Made by a program: the position numbers and the translations under genes. 64,000 nucleotides of DNA from Tubiluchus corallicola (Eukaryota; Animalia; Priapulida), in contig JAQGDQ010000328.1 in the NCBI GenBank assembly GCA_030141605.1, positions 113,908 to 177,907 of the forward strand, read 5' to 3'. The notes under the pieces were generated by a model. That model did no database searches, was not told where the DNA came from, and worked only from the letters and a program-made list of their open reading frames with translations. Below, piece after piece: positions 1 through 15,000 of the stretch (position 1 is the first letter of the stretch; the number at the start of each line of letters is the position of its first letter).

Positions 1-20
1 AGCGCTAAAGCTTGGGTATT
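1..20 (-). CDS. Gene A module 3 exon a, start (truncated by window edge)
   Basis: tttcag|aatacccaagctttagcgct, identical to the start of the exon at 14567 (EYPSFSA). Confidence 0.8.
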
Positions 21-3000
21 CTGAAATGGAAATATTCTGACAGTTATCTGCATTCCTAATACGAATTTTTAAAATTTACTATTAAATTGGTAACTAATTT
101 TATAAAACGGCACTGCAACCTGACTCTGTATCAACTAACATACAATTCAGTGCTAGTCCGCACAGACGGAAATATTGTGACTTTGTCAAACGCTACTTAA
201 ATGTTTCATGCAGTAGAGACAAATCACAAGACAGCTAAATCATTACACACACACACAGGAATTATGGTGGGGGGCATTCTCTACCAGACTGTGAATTCGA
301 ATCAAATTGAACTTGAATCGCACTGAATTTCGAGATTACGACTCCAAATCAAATTTGAATCCAGTTTTAAACATTTTTTTAATCACTTATATTTTGTTTA
401 TTGTTTATTTATTGTTTATTGTTAATTATTTAACAATTATTTAAAAGCTAATAAAAGCCGTTCTACATTGATCACGCATATTACTTGATTTTGTTCTGCA
501 GTAAAAACACTAATACATATAATTCGTTTCAAAACTGTGCACAGAAACCGCAACTAAATTTTGCTGACTGCATGATGTTTCAAACGTTTTCATTGATAAA
601 GAACATTTGAATTATTCATATCTGTAATTTTAGGTTCGAATCAAATTCGAACAAAAAAAAACTTGCTAGAACCAAATTCGAATGTTCGAATGCGCACACA
701 ACATAGAATATTTTGAAGAACTAATTTTAAGACAGACCAGTGGCAGCTTGCTACTGGGTCCGACTGCATGCGTACGAGTCAACACCGGTATCTCTGGGTT
801 TCAACAGTGTCATTATTTGGCTAAAGTACCAGTACTTGGAAAAAACTTTGCAAATCATACAATTAATTAACAACTCTCACCTTCCATACAGAACTCTCCA
901 TAATAATAATCGAAGCAATCACAGGTAAAAGCTAAACAGTCTTCGCTGTCAGGTACGCACACAGAATTTGCCGAACACGGATTTGATGCAGGTTCGCAAA
1001 CTGAAAAAAATTGATGTTTTTTAAAAATGTTAAATGGCACCAAAAACAGACATTTCCAATTCAATTTATGTCTATTTTTGAAATAAAAACGAACGAAGTT
1101 TAATGCGGGGCTCCTTTCTTGAAACGACAAGGCTTAAGTACACATTCGATAAGTGAGACGTTAACAGCTATTAAGCATTGAGAACCTCCTCAAGGTGGTC
1201 AGTAATCAGATCTGCCGAAACCAACTAAAATGAACCGCCAAGTTATTATCGGCTCAACTGCACAAAGTCAACTTCTGTGCCAATAGACCAGAGAGGTCTA
1301 TTTGTCAAGCGATTCAGTCAAGTGAAGGATGGTGATGACCAGTCAGCTTGGATTCGGCTAGGAAACACAATTAACCTGCACACTAGCAGAGGTAAGACAT
1401 TTCAAGTTTTGATGGTAGTAATAATTATTACTATTGCATTATTATTAATGTTAGTAACGTCATCGCTGCTGTTGTCATCATCGTTTTCAGCATGGCATCG
1501 GCTTTCCTACTGGGCGAACTTCTCCAGCGCCTGTTTTCTATTTTCCTCCTCTTCCTCGTCTTCTCTCATTGCTTTTCCTGTTCTTCTCCAAGAAGCCTTA
1601 AAGTTTCACGTCTGTGTTGCCATTTATAGGTCTAATCAAACAGCTTTAAAATAATTTCATGACAATTTTAGATATCTTTGTTAAGCGTCTTTGAATATTG
1701 TCAATAGTACTGTCTATAGATTTAGACGCCATACAAAATAAATAATATTTTATATAAAATACATCACTGGGCAAAACACCCACACTGTGAAAATGTTTGA
1801 TAATCACCGGTACTCACCATTTTCTTCAGTTGTCGCATTCACTTCTTCAAACATATCCTCATTCTGTCCCACTTCATTAGCAAACCAAACAGTGAACAAA
1901 TACGTAGATGCACACGTCAACTCATCAATGACGACATCTGTCTCAGTTACGCTTCCCGCTTCCACTGTGCTGCCGTCTGGTCGTTCCAAAGTATAATTGT
2001 ATCCGACGAACTCGCCATTGCGTCGACAACATTCAGCAGGTAAATTCCAGGTGAAGGCGAGACTGTCTACTCTACTTTCTGTCACTTCGAGATTTTCGAC
2101 AACGATTTCGGGAACTAAAAGAAAACAATAAACGTGTGTTTGCACAGCGAAAATGTCCGAAAGTCAACATGTAAGCTTTTCTAGTCCACATATCAAAAAT
2201 CTCTATTCCATGAGGATCATTTTGATACCAACTTCAATGCCCTATGTTATTTCTAACCTGAGATAATCCACATTGAAGTTGAGGTGCAAGCTGTGCAGAG
2301 AAAAACATAACCTCGAGAAAATCGCTGTTACAGGCTGCCATTGTTTTTTGTCATACTTCTACAAAAACACTTAGCAACCGCACGAACAGGTGGTTGCTAT
2401 GGATTGTACAAGAGTGAATTGAAGTTACATTTATATCCTGTAGATGGCTCTTCCAAAATCACAAGCAAAATGACAGCTTCCTCGAGCTACTATCAGAGTT
2501 TGAAAATGCGAGTTTTTGACTAACACAATACAAGTTTTTGGCCAGAGAAGTGAGTAAGAAGTTATAAAATTAAGTTTTTAGTATTTTCTAAACAATTTCC
2601 TGACATTGTGGTGCAAGAACGTAAAAGTACAATATATTTAGAGCTTGTTTTTGTAAAAAAAAAAATTGATGTTTGAACCAATTTTTGATGCATGGTACTT
2701 TGAAGCATCATAACACAGTGTTAAATAAGCCGACTTGTGGACGGTTTTGGTTTGCAAGCACATAAATAACAATAATGTTAACATTCTTTAAACATTTAAA
2801 CAATGTGGAAATGTCAGATTGGCAGTGAACATGTCATAGCTTGCGAAAACTCAAAGGAAAGAGTATGACTAATTCCAGCTGAATAGAATTGATGAATCTT
2901 TTTAAAATGAGAAGAAAAACTCAGCAGGAAAGACAGGTTGATCCTTTACTTTACAAAAAAATATTAAAGTCTCACTCGGTGAAAGCAATTAAATTCATTT

Positions 3001-6000
3001 CAAAACACATACTGAAAACAATAACAGATTCTCAAAGATTCGGTAATTTTTGTTTTTTATAAGTGCACTCATCTCTCGGTTTCCCGCACAAAAGCAGAGA
3101 GACATCGGTCTGAATTTGTCGATTGTCTGTATTTTCCTACACTAATCTAATATAGTTGGCGCCGTCTACAAAACTCACGGTAACATAGAATCAATTGCCT
3201 AATAGTCTCAAAAACATTTAGTACAGACTTATGCAAAAGTATATAAAAACTGCCAGCAATTGACTCAAATGACTCCTCAGAATTGACTCTAAACCACTTA
3301 CGTATGCTGATTAAACCACTAAACATGCTCACATACAAGCCACACACGTATCATTGTGCTCCCCCTGGATGTAAACAAAGTGACGACCCGCCATCTAGTG
3401 GTCAGCTTGCGAAATAACGGACTGTCTGTAGTATGCGGGACTTCCGACAGACCAGATTTTGTCCGAATTCTCCAAAATTTCTAAAAGCGACGCCCGGCAA
3501 ACCGACATACGAGTGTAATTGTAATAATAAACAATTTAATTCAAAAACACACAATTCCAATATCATAAATAAAGTATCTTACGTCCCGACAAAGTTGAAG
3601 TTTCCACGTGTTCCTTGCTGTAAATTCCCTCCCCTCCGTCAATCGTGGTCCCCCAAACAGCGATGTCAAACAAGCTGTCACCACATAGATTCTCCAGCAC
3701 CATTTCCGTAGTAATACCGTCATCTGTCACTCTTTCAATTATGCCCACTTCTGGACTGCCAGTGAGACAAGAGATGGACACTGGTCCTTCGTATGACACA
3801 GTGTAGGCCATCATGATGCCATTAGCTTCATCAGGTCGGTCCCAGGTCACGTTCATACTGGACGATGACAAACCTTTGGCCTTCAGGTTCTGGACTGGCC
3901 CGGGCGCTGCAGAAAATGATAAATTGTTATTATGAGAGCATTTCACAAATTTGCATCTTATTATGTATATATATTCATCTGCAAATTTTATTTACCCACG
4001 TATATTTTAAATTGTATGTATATATTGTATATAGTCTATATTATAATTTGCATGTAACAATTGCAATATACATTTTGTTTTAAATTTTTGGCAGTAGTTT
4101 TTAGTTTGCACGGGATGCATTTGCCTTTAACAGTTGTGTGAATTTTTATTCTCATGCTGAGATGTTCTTATAAACGTTTATGCTTACGAATATCGATTAT
4201 ATATATATATATATATGCAATATAATATATAATAATTATATATATATATTATAATTTGCGTGTAACACTGAGACTCTGAGAGTAAATGTGTGAACAGCTT
4301 GGCAACATCTCCCAGAACTTGTTGCAACATGTGAACGGCTTGGCAACTACTCTCACAACTTGTTGCAACATGTGAACGGCTTGGCAACTACTCTCACAAC
4401 TTGTTGCAACATGTGAACAGTTTGGCAACGTCTCCCACAACTTGTTGCAACATGTGAACAGTTTGGCAACATCTCCCACAACTTGTTGCAACATGTGAAC
4501 AGTTTGGCAACATCTCCCACAACTTGTTGCAACATGTGAACAGTTTGGCAACATCTCCCACAACTTGTTGCAACGTGTGAACAGTTTGGCAAATTCCCAC
4601 AGAGAGAAGTTGCACAACAAGTTGCGAGAGAAGTCGATATGTCTGAATGCACCATTAGCCACGTTCAGACGGCTAATGATTAATTAAATCCACGATTACT
4701 AGTTAGATTTTGACACTAATCTAGCCAGATACTAAAAATCTGATCAAAAACTAGACTTGACAGTTTATCATTATATTGTATTGTATTATTGTATTGTATT
4801 GTGTTGTGCTGTGCTGTGCTGTGCTGTGCTGTGCTGTACTGTGCTGTACTGTACTGTACTACACTACACTACACTACACTACACTACACTACACTACACT
4901 ACACTACACTACACTACACTATACTATATTATATTATTATATTTATATTATAAGAATATTAAAACCACCAAAGAATGTGGTCTGTTGGAACTAAAACAGC
5001 CAATCCAATGAACTGCAGTTCTCTCAAGCCAAAATTTCTAACCAAAATTCACAGCAATAGTAAACGTCATTTTTTTAGAAGTATGAGATGAAAAATTAAA
5101 AATAAATTTTACAATGAACATTGATTATTTACATAAACTGGATTCTCAGGAACATTTTTGAACCAATAAATCATCGCAAAAGGCAAACATACCAGCGGGT
5201 GGAGTCCACTGCGTCCGATACTCGCTCCATTCACTCCACGCGTCCTCCTCGGGCGTGTGGTCATTTTGAAATCTGACGCTGACCTCGTAGTTTGCGAACG
5301 GAGAGAGGCCAGTCAACACGTAAACATCGGTTACATTTGTTTGTACAACCTCAAATCTTGAGTCGCCCACAATTCTATAGTGAATCTCATATTTGGTCAC
5401 AATGAAGCAATTTCGGATTTCGGCCGTTGGCTCCTAGGAGAGTAAAGGTCAATGCACTATCTTGGACGTGTACGAAAAATTGTGTAAGAAATCAAAAATG
5501 CAATTTAAAAACAGAAGAACGTGGATAAAGCAGGTCTGTAATCCATCAGTAGGACTTGAACAATACTACTGAGTAACTAAAAACTGCTGCATTGTGAAAC
5601 AAATATTGAAAACAATGAGAAACAATGAGAGAGAACAATGAGCTTGAGTTTATTTTTATGAATATTACAAGCTGTAAATCCTTCCTGTGACGTTCACGAA
5701 TTTACACCATACCCGACATACATAATTACCTTCCCAAATTTGCTTATTACAATCAGAATACAATTATAATTCTTTTTTTTCAATTCAATTTCAATTTATT
5801 CATCTCTTTAGAACACTACAGTAGAACATTATTAATAAGAGAATCAATAATAAGTTTTGAAGAATGGTTAAAACAGATAGATATAGAATCAGAGAAAGGA
5901 TAGTATAAAACCTATAAAGTAAAATACTCTACTATCCTTTACTGAACATAGAAAATCATTATTAGACACTGGTGGGCATGAAAATTAATGTTAATTAATG

Positions 6001-9000
6001 TTGTCAGTTTAATTTTTTGGAAACATTATTAATTTTTAGAATTATGGCATTTAATATATAATTAAGTAATGCAAAAAAGAAAACACATGCATGTACTATT
6101 AATTAGCATGCACAGAATACAGTCAATCTTGCATAAACTAAAATTAGCAAATTAATTTTAAGTTTAATTTATTTAATAATAAATAATAAGCGCATTTCCC
6201 GAATTATAACAGATACGATTGAGCCAATTCTACGTGTGTAATCCAGAAATGTAAACATCGGGCACCACTTAATAGACTCACTTTAAGATAAAAGTGTTTT
6301 GACCCAATTAACAGACTGAATCTATTAGCCGATGGATGTAGTATTACTAGCGTAGAAGCACGAGTCATCACTCTTTAGCTTAGAATGCCCTGCAAAGGCT
6401 TTAATTATTCATTCTAATCATTAATTAATTGTTAATAACCAATTATTCTAATCTTTCATTTTGAGATGCATTCGTAATTCCGGTGCATAAACTGGTGGCA
6501 TCAATTAACCAAGTTTTCAGCTAAGAGCATTTGGTGCACCATAAAACACTATTGAATCTTAATAAATCTGTAGACCCTTATATTGTATCCCAATATCTGG
6601 CTATCATTAATCATCCACTTCATGAGTATCATTGATCATCCACTTCATGAGTATCATTGATCATCCACTTAATGAGTATCATTGTTCATCCACTTCGTGA
6701 GCATCATTGATCATCCACTTCATGAGTATCATTGATCATCTACTTCATGAGTATCATTGATCATCCACTTCATGAGTATCATTAATCATCCACTTCATGA
6801 GTATCATTGATCATCCACTTCATGAGTATCATTGATCATCCACTTCATGAGAATCATTGATCATCCACTTCATGAGTATCATTGATCATCCACTTCATGA
6901 GTATCATTGTTCATCCACTTCGTGAGTATCATTGATCATCCACTTCATGAGTATCATTGATCATCCACTTCGTGAGTATCATTGATAATCCACTTCATGA
7001 GTATCATTGATCATCCACTTCCAGAGTATCATTGATCATTCACTTCATGAGTATCACTTACCATCCACTTCATGAGTATCATTGATCATCCACTTCATGA
7101 GTATCATTGATCATCCACTTCATGACTTCATGAGTATCGTTGATCATCCACTTCATGAGTATCATTGATCATCCTTTTCATGAGTATCATTGATCATCCA
7201 CTTCATGAGTATCATTGATCATCCACTTCATGACTTCATGAGTATCGTTGATCATCCACTTCATGAGTATCATTGATCATCCTTTTCATGAGTATCATTG
7301 ATCATCTACTTCATGAGTATCATTGATCATCCACTTCATGAGTATCATTGATCATCTACTTCATGAGTATCATTGATCATCCACTTCATGAGTATCACTG
7401 ATCATCCACTTCATGAGTATCATTGATCATCCACTTCATGACTTCATGAGTATCGTTGATCATCCACTTCATGAGTATCATTGATCATCCTTTTCATAAG
7501 TATCATTGATCATCTACTTCATGAGTATCATTAATGATCCACTTCATTGTCTCATCTATCATATCCCTATATCATCCTCCCGTAACTAATCCTCGCCATT
7601 TTTTCTTCCTTACCCCTTTTACTTCCTGTTTTACCACCAATAACATGAAGTTATATCGTATTTCTTAATGATTTTTAATACTGTGACTGTCTTCACGTGA
7701 AAGGCTTTTATACAGTTTTTCTTCTTATAAACCTGTTAACCAATCACCTAGTACAGTTATAAGATTTCACCTGTTCACGTATGTTTTGTTTCAATTCTCC
7801 GTGTACTAATAAATACAGTTTAAACCAAAGGCTTTAAATGAATTTTGCATACGAATCAATGTTTAAATTAATATTACGAATTGATGTCCAAATTCCTACA
7901 TGCAGTTATTTAAGAATACAAATTTGTATTCTAAGTGAAACATTATAAAGTGAATTAATAAAATATCACACAAATCTTATTATTACCACTAAAAATTACA
8001 AAAAATTGCACAATGTTTGCTGCTTCATTTCTCTACAAAGAAGTTGATTTATGAAATTCTCACACTGATTAAAGCATTGAAAGTAATAAAAACTCTTTCG
8101 TCACGCCTAAATGTTTTATTTTGGGCAGTCCAAAAAAATTATTGAGTCAATTATATGGAGTTACTGGAGTCAATTACAGACGTTTTTATGTACATTTGAA
8201 TAAGATCGGCCGTACCAGATGTTTTTGAATCAATTAGGTGTCTGATTCTATTGACAGCGAGTCTAATAAATGGTGCCTATTGTACTCAAAATCAGAAAAA
8301 TCAATAAAAATAGCGAAACAAACACACTCAAACAGAGATCGATGCTACTCAAATTTAGCTACATACAAATGTCGCATTATACAGCACGTCCACTAAATCA
8401 CTTCACTATTTAAAGCATGTAAACAAAATCACTGTAATGTTTTAAGCATTTACTGTTATAATCGTATAAAGGATAACTCATTCAAAGCATTTGCAACATA
8501 CCAAACACCTATCCAGATTTCACAAGCTCTACTGTACTTGCTAATCAACTTTTACAAGTTTATGGTAAGGCCTGTCTTAGACTATCGTGACGTGATTTGG
8601 AACCCATCTAAACATGACATGATTCGTGAGCTTGAAAGCAACCAGCGTCGAGCAACTAGGATGATACCAGGTATAGCAGAAAGACCAGATCCTGATAGAT
8701 TAAGGCACTTAGGACTTACGACACTTAAATACAGAAGTTACAGGCTGGATATGATCCAGACATTTAGGATCCTTAAGGGTATTGACCGGATAGACAGTCA
8801 CAAAATATTTGAATTCCAGATACGCCATAGGACAAGAGAACATTCACTGAAAATCAACAAGAAATCTGTTTCAAAGTGGTGAAGACAAAATTTCTTTGCA
8901 GCTTGTGGTGTAAATGTCTGGAACAAACTTCCTGTATGTAGTGAAGGCTTCTTCAGTTTCTCAAGTTAAATCTAGATTAGATCGATTCTGGGCTAATCAA

Positions 9001-12000
9001 CCGAAGAAATTCATTGTTCCTAGACTTCCACAATGGTAGGGCGCTTGGATTTTTGAGGGAACCTGACACGATTCATTGTACAAAGAAGAACACAGTGATA
9101 CGATCTTCCGGATCGCATCGTTAGCGCCACCACCTACTAGAATATTCAACATAAGCATTCACAGAAGATCGGAGGGCTAAAAAGCGATCATTTATGCTTA
9201 ACCAATATCCATGCCGAAAGTTGTAAGCTGTAAGTACAATTAATTCAGAAAACCACAAGGAAAATTTCAAATTCTAAAACTGTGCAGAACTGTAGAAACT
9301 CCAGTTGATGCATACGATCCAGACTTGCTTTGTGTAATCACCACGCCAGTGGATAATAATTGTTACAAGGCATTAGAAACATTGAAAAAATACTCCACAC
9401 AACATGACAGATGACAACTTTAACAAAAATTAGCAGTCAATCCTCGTTTAATACTCAATTTTTGAAATTTAGTTTATTGATTATTTACACAGCGCTCACC
9501 AATAAAAAGCAAAGAAACTGCAAAGTAAAACAATAGAACATACCAAATGGATTACATATTTGTTCACATTAAAGGACAAATTCATTAGAAATTAATTAAC
9601 TTACCTGCAAAGTGACAAGTATTGCAGCCGTGTTGTTGGCAGCATTTGGTTCGTTTTCAAGATATGAATCACCGAGTTCTGGTGCATCCAGACTGGACAG
9701 TGGTGCTAGAAAAACAAAATTCGAGCAAATTAAAATTTACTTCCCTCTTCTGTTTATCTTAGCAATTCACAAGGCACACCTTGGTTCCTCATTTTTTATT
9801 CCTTATTTGTTTGTTTTCAAGAATTAATGCACTGGAATGTTGGACTGTATGCCTGGCCAGGTCTCCACAGACTGACAATTGCAAATGCACAATGCACTGG
9901 GATGTTGGACTGCGTGCCTGGCCAGGTCTCATCAGACTGACAATTGCAAATGCACAATGCACTGGGATGTTGGACTGTGTGTCTGGCCAGGTCTCATCAG
10001 ACTGACAATTGCAAATGCACAATGCACTGAGATGTTGGACTGCGTGTCTGGCCAGGTCTCTCCAGCCTGACAATTGCAATTGCACAATGCACTGGGATGT
10101 TGGACTGTGTGCCTGCCCAGGTATCCTCAGCCTGACAATTGCAAATGCACAATGCACTGGGATGTTGTACTGCATGCCTGGCCAGGTCTCCTCAGACTGA
10201 CAATTGCAAATGCACAATGCACTGGGATGTTGGACTGTGTGCCTGGCCTGGTTTCCTCAGCCTGACAATTGCAAATGCACAATGCACTGGGATGTTGTAC
10301 TGCATGCCTGGCCAGGTCTCCTCAGACTGACAATTGCAAATGCACAATGCACTGGGATGTTGGACTGTGTGCCTGGCCTGGTTTCCTCAGCTTGACAATT
10401 GCAAATGCACAATGCACTGGGATGTTGGACTGCATGCCCAGCCAGGTCTCCTCAGACTGACAATTGCAAATGCACAATGCACTGGGATGTTGGACTGTGT
10501 GCCTGGCCAGGTCTCCTCAGCCTGACAATTGCAAATGCACAATGCACTGGGATGTTGTACTGCATGCCTGGCCAGGCCTCCTCAGCCTGACAATTGCAAA
10601 TGCACAATGCACTGGGATGTTGGACTGTGTGCCTGGCCAGGTCTCATCAGACTGACAATTGCAAATGAACAATGCACTGGGATGTTGGACTGTGTGCCTG
10701 GCCAGGTCTCCTCAGCCTGACAATTGCAAATGCACAATGCACTGGGATGTTGTACTGCATGCCTGGCCAGGCCTCCTCAGCCTGACAATTGCAAATGCAC
10801 AATGCACTGGGATGTTGTACTGCATGCCTGGCCAGGTCTCCTCAGCCTGACAATTGCAAATGCACAATGCACTGGGATGTTGGACTGTATGCCTGGCCAG
10901 GTCTCCACAGACTGACAATTGCAAATGTACAATGCACTGGGATGTTGGACTGCGTGCCTGGCCAGGTCTCATCAGACTGACAATTGCAAATGCACAATGC
11001 ACGAGGATGCTGGCCTGCGTGCCTGGCCAGGTCTCCACAGATTGACAATTGCAAATGCACAATGCACTGGGATGTTGGACTGTGTGTCTGGCCAGGTCTC
11101 ATCAGACTGACAATTGCAAATGCACAATGCACTGAGATGTTGGACTGCGTGTCTGGCCAGGTCTCTCCAGCCTGACAATTGCAATTGCACAATGCACTGG
11201 GATGTTGGACTGTGTGCCTGGCCAGGTCTCCTCAGCCTGACAATTGCAAATGCACAATGCACTGGGATGTTGGACTGTGTGCCTGGTCAGGTCTCCCCAG
11301 CCTGACAATTGCAAATGAACAATGCACTGGAATATTGGACTGCGTGCCTGGCAAGGTCTCATCAGACTGACAATTGCAAATGCACAATGCACTGGGATGT
11401 TGGACTGTGTGCCTGGTCAGGTCTCCCCAGACTGACAATTGCAAATGAACAATGCACTGGGATGTTGGACTGTGTGCCTGGCCAGGTCTCATCAGCCTGA
11501 CAATTGCAAATGCACAATGCACTGGGATGTTGGACTGCATGCCTGGCCAGGTCTCCTCAGACTGACAATTGCAAATGCACAATGCACTGGGATGTTGGAC
11601 TGTGTGCCTGGCCAGGTCTCCTCAGCCTGACAATTGCAAATGCACAATGCACTGGGATGTTGTACTGCATGCCTGGCCAGGTCTCCTCAGCCTGACAATT
11701 GCAAATGCACAATGCACTGGGATGTTGTACTGCATGCCTGGCCAGGTCTCCTCAGCCTGACAATTGCAAATGCACAATGCACTGGGATGTTGGACTGTGT
11801 GCCTGGCCAGGTCTCTCCAGCCTGACAATTGCAAATGCACAATGCACTGGGATGTTGGACTGCGTGCCTGGCCAGGTCTCCTCAGCCTGACAATTGCAAA
11901 TGCACAATGCACTGGGATGTTGGACTGCATGCCTGGCCAGGTCTCCCCAGCCTGACAATTGCAAATGAACAATGCACTGGAATATTGGACTGCGTGCCTG

Positions 12001-15000
12001 GCAAGGTCTCATCAGACTGACAATTGCAAATGCACAATGCACTGGGATGTTGGACTGTGTGCCTGGTCAGGTCTCCCCAGACTGACAATTGCAAATGAAC
12101 AATGCACTGGGATGTTGGACTGCATGCCTGGCCAGGTCTCATCAGCCTGACAATTGCAAATGCACAATGCACTGGGATGTTGGACTGCATGCCTGGCCAG
12201 GTCTCCTCAGACTGACAATTGCAAATGCACAATGCACTGGGATGTTGGACTGCATGCCTGGCCAGGTCTCCTCAGACTGACAATTGCAAATGCACAATGC
12301 ACTGGGATGTTGGACTGTGTGCCTGGCCAGGTCTCCTCAGCCTGACAATTGCAAATGCACAACGCACTGGGATGTTGGACTGTGTGCCTGGCCAGGTCTC
12401 TCCAGCCTGACAATTGCAAATGCACAATGCACTGGGATGTTGGACTGCATGCCTGGCCAGGTCTCCTCAGCCTGACAATTGCAAATGCACAATGCACTGG
12501 GATGTTGTACTGCATGCCTGGCCAGGTATCCTCAGCCTGACAATTGCAAATGCACAATGCACTGGGATGTTGGACTGTGTGCCTGACCAGGTCTCTCCAG
12601 CCTGACAATTGCAAATGCACAATGCACTGGGATGTTGTACTGCATGCCTGGCCAGGTCTCCTCAGCCTGACAATTGCAAATGCACAATGCACTGGGATGT
12701 TGGACTGTGTGCCTGTCCAGGTCTCCTCAGACTGACAATTGCAAATGCACAATGCACTGGGATGCTGGACTGTGTGCCTGTCCAGGTCTCCCCAGCCTGA
12801 CAATTGCAAATGCACAATGCACTGGGATGTTGTACAGCATGCCTGGCCAGATCTATTCAGCCTGACAATTGCAAATGGACAATGCACTGGGATGTTGTAC
12901 TGCATGCCTGGCCAGATCTATTCAGCCTGACAATTGCAAATGCACAATGCACTGGGATGTTGGACTGCATGCCTGGCCAGGTCTCCTCAGCCTGACAATT
13001 GCAAATGCACAATGCACTGGGATGTTGTACTGCATGCCTGGCCAGGTCTCCTCAGCCTGACAATTGCAAATGCACAATGCACTGGGATGTTGGACTGTGT
13101 GCCTGGCCAGGTCTCTCCAGCCTGACAATTGCAAATGCACAATGCACTGGGATATTGGACTGCATGCCTGGCCAGGTCTCCTCAGCCTGACAATTGCAAA
13201 TGCACAATGCACTGGGATGTTGGACTGCATGCCTGGCCAGGTCTCCCCAGCCTGACAATTGCAAATGAACAATGCACTGGGATGTTGTACTGCATGCCTG
13301 GCCAGGTCTCCTCAGACTGACAATTGCAAATGCACAATGCACTGGGATGTTGTACTGCATGCCTGGCCAGGTCTCCCCAGCCTGACAATTGCAAATGCAC
13401 AATGCACTGGAATGTTGGACTGTGTGCCTGTCCAGGTCTCCTCAGACTGACAATTGCAAATGCACAATGCACTGGGATGCTGGACTGTGTGCCTGTCCAG
13501 GTCTCCCCAGCCTGACAATTGCAAATGCACAATGCACTGGGATGTTGTACAGCATGCCTGGCCAGATCTATTCAGCCTGACAATTGCAAATGGACAATGC
13601 ACTGGGATGTTGTACTGCATGCCTGGCCAGATCTATTCAGCCTGACAATTGCAAATGCACAATGCACTGGGATGTTGGACTGCATGCCTGGCCAGGTCTC
13701 CTCAGCCTGACAATTGCAAATGCACAATGCACTGGGATGTTGGACTGCATGCCTGGCCAGGTCTCCTCAGACTGACAATTGCAAATGAACAATGCACTGG
13801 GATGTTGGACTGTGTGCCTGGCCAGGTCTCCCCAGCCTGACAATTCCAAATGCGCATGGTAATCTGTCAACTGCTGAACCGTAAAATGAGAACTTTTGCT
13901 GATGAAAGAAGTTTTAGTCTATAATTTTAGGCTCAAATAAAATTGGAACTAATCGGATAAAAAAACTTGTTCGAAACTCAGTCCTACCTTTAACAAGCAA
14001 AGCATATCAGATACAAGTGGGCTACACGTGCATTATTGATCCTGATAACAATTTCCGTGCAATCCAATAGTGTGCAAAAGCTTTGTACACAGTTTAGCAG
14101 CTTACTTATTAAGCAACAGTTCAATGTAATTTATTTCCTATAAATTCATGCACATGGTAAGATAAGAAAAAAAGTTATTACATATCAACATATTTAGTAG
14201 CAGAATTATATATGGCAAATGTATAACATACGTCCACATTTAGTGGTAAACTCAGCAGACGGCGATGCTGCTCCCTCTCCCGTTTCATTCGTTGACGTTT
14301 CCGACAATATAATGACTCTCACGCTGTACGTCACCTCAAGAGCAAGTCCTGTTATATCACAGTTATAAGCTTCCTGATCTGTAGCCGTTACTTCACAAGC
14401 CGTAACCTCTTCAGTGACTCCGACCTCGTTGTAACGCACGATGTACGTCAGCGGAGTTCCTTCCCCATTATCAGTGTTGGGGTCCCATTTATTCCAACTC
14501 ACAGTTGCAATATAAGCATTTATATCTTCCTCGGCTAAAGTGGGAGCAGCGCTAAAGCTTGGGTATTCTGAAAATAGGAAATTTTGCCTAAAAAAACAAA
14601 AAGATGTCGTGTCCTCTGTGATTCTTACTCTTATAATCATTCTTACTTCGTGCCAAACAATCCTGACAGCAGATATTTGAAAATTATAATGCAAGTTAGC
14701 TAGGAGGAAAAGAGGGTGTAGCTAGAACTAATTAAACCAATTAATACCTGTGACTTACTTAATGTTCTCTCAGAAAAAAGTCAAGAGGTGTAATTTTTTT
14801 ATAAACATTTGCTATATACTTCATTGCATTGACAGTGTATTGCTTTATTTCTGTTGGTCCATGAAGTCCTTATTCGTTCAAAAATTAGCGTGCCCAGGTG
14901 AAAAGATTGCGGCTTTAAAATTATTGTAAGAAATTATGCGAAGTGCTTACTACACTTTTACTGCTGCAATTTCTAAATTTTTTTCTAGTATTCCTCAATA

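Noticed and set aside
9826-13850. Dozens of 63-aa Cys-rich ORFs; CRISPR-like or multi-gene array appearance
   Set aside because: Artefact of a 65-bp tandem unit cycling through frames; no unique spacers, no cas genes, lies in an intron
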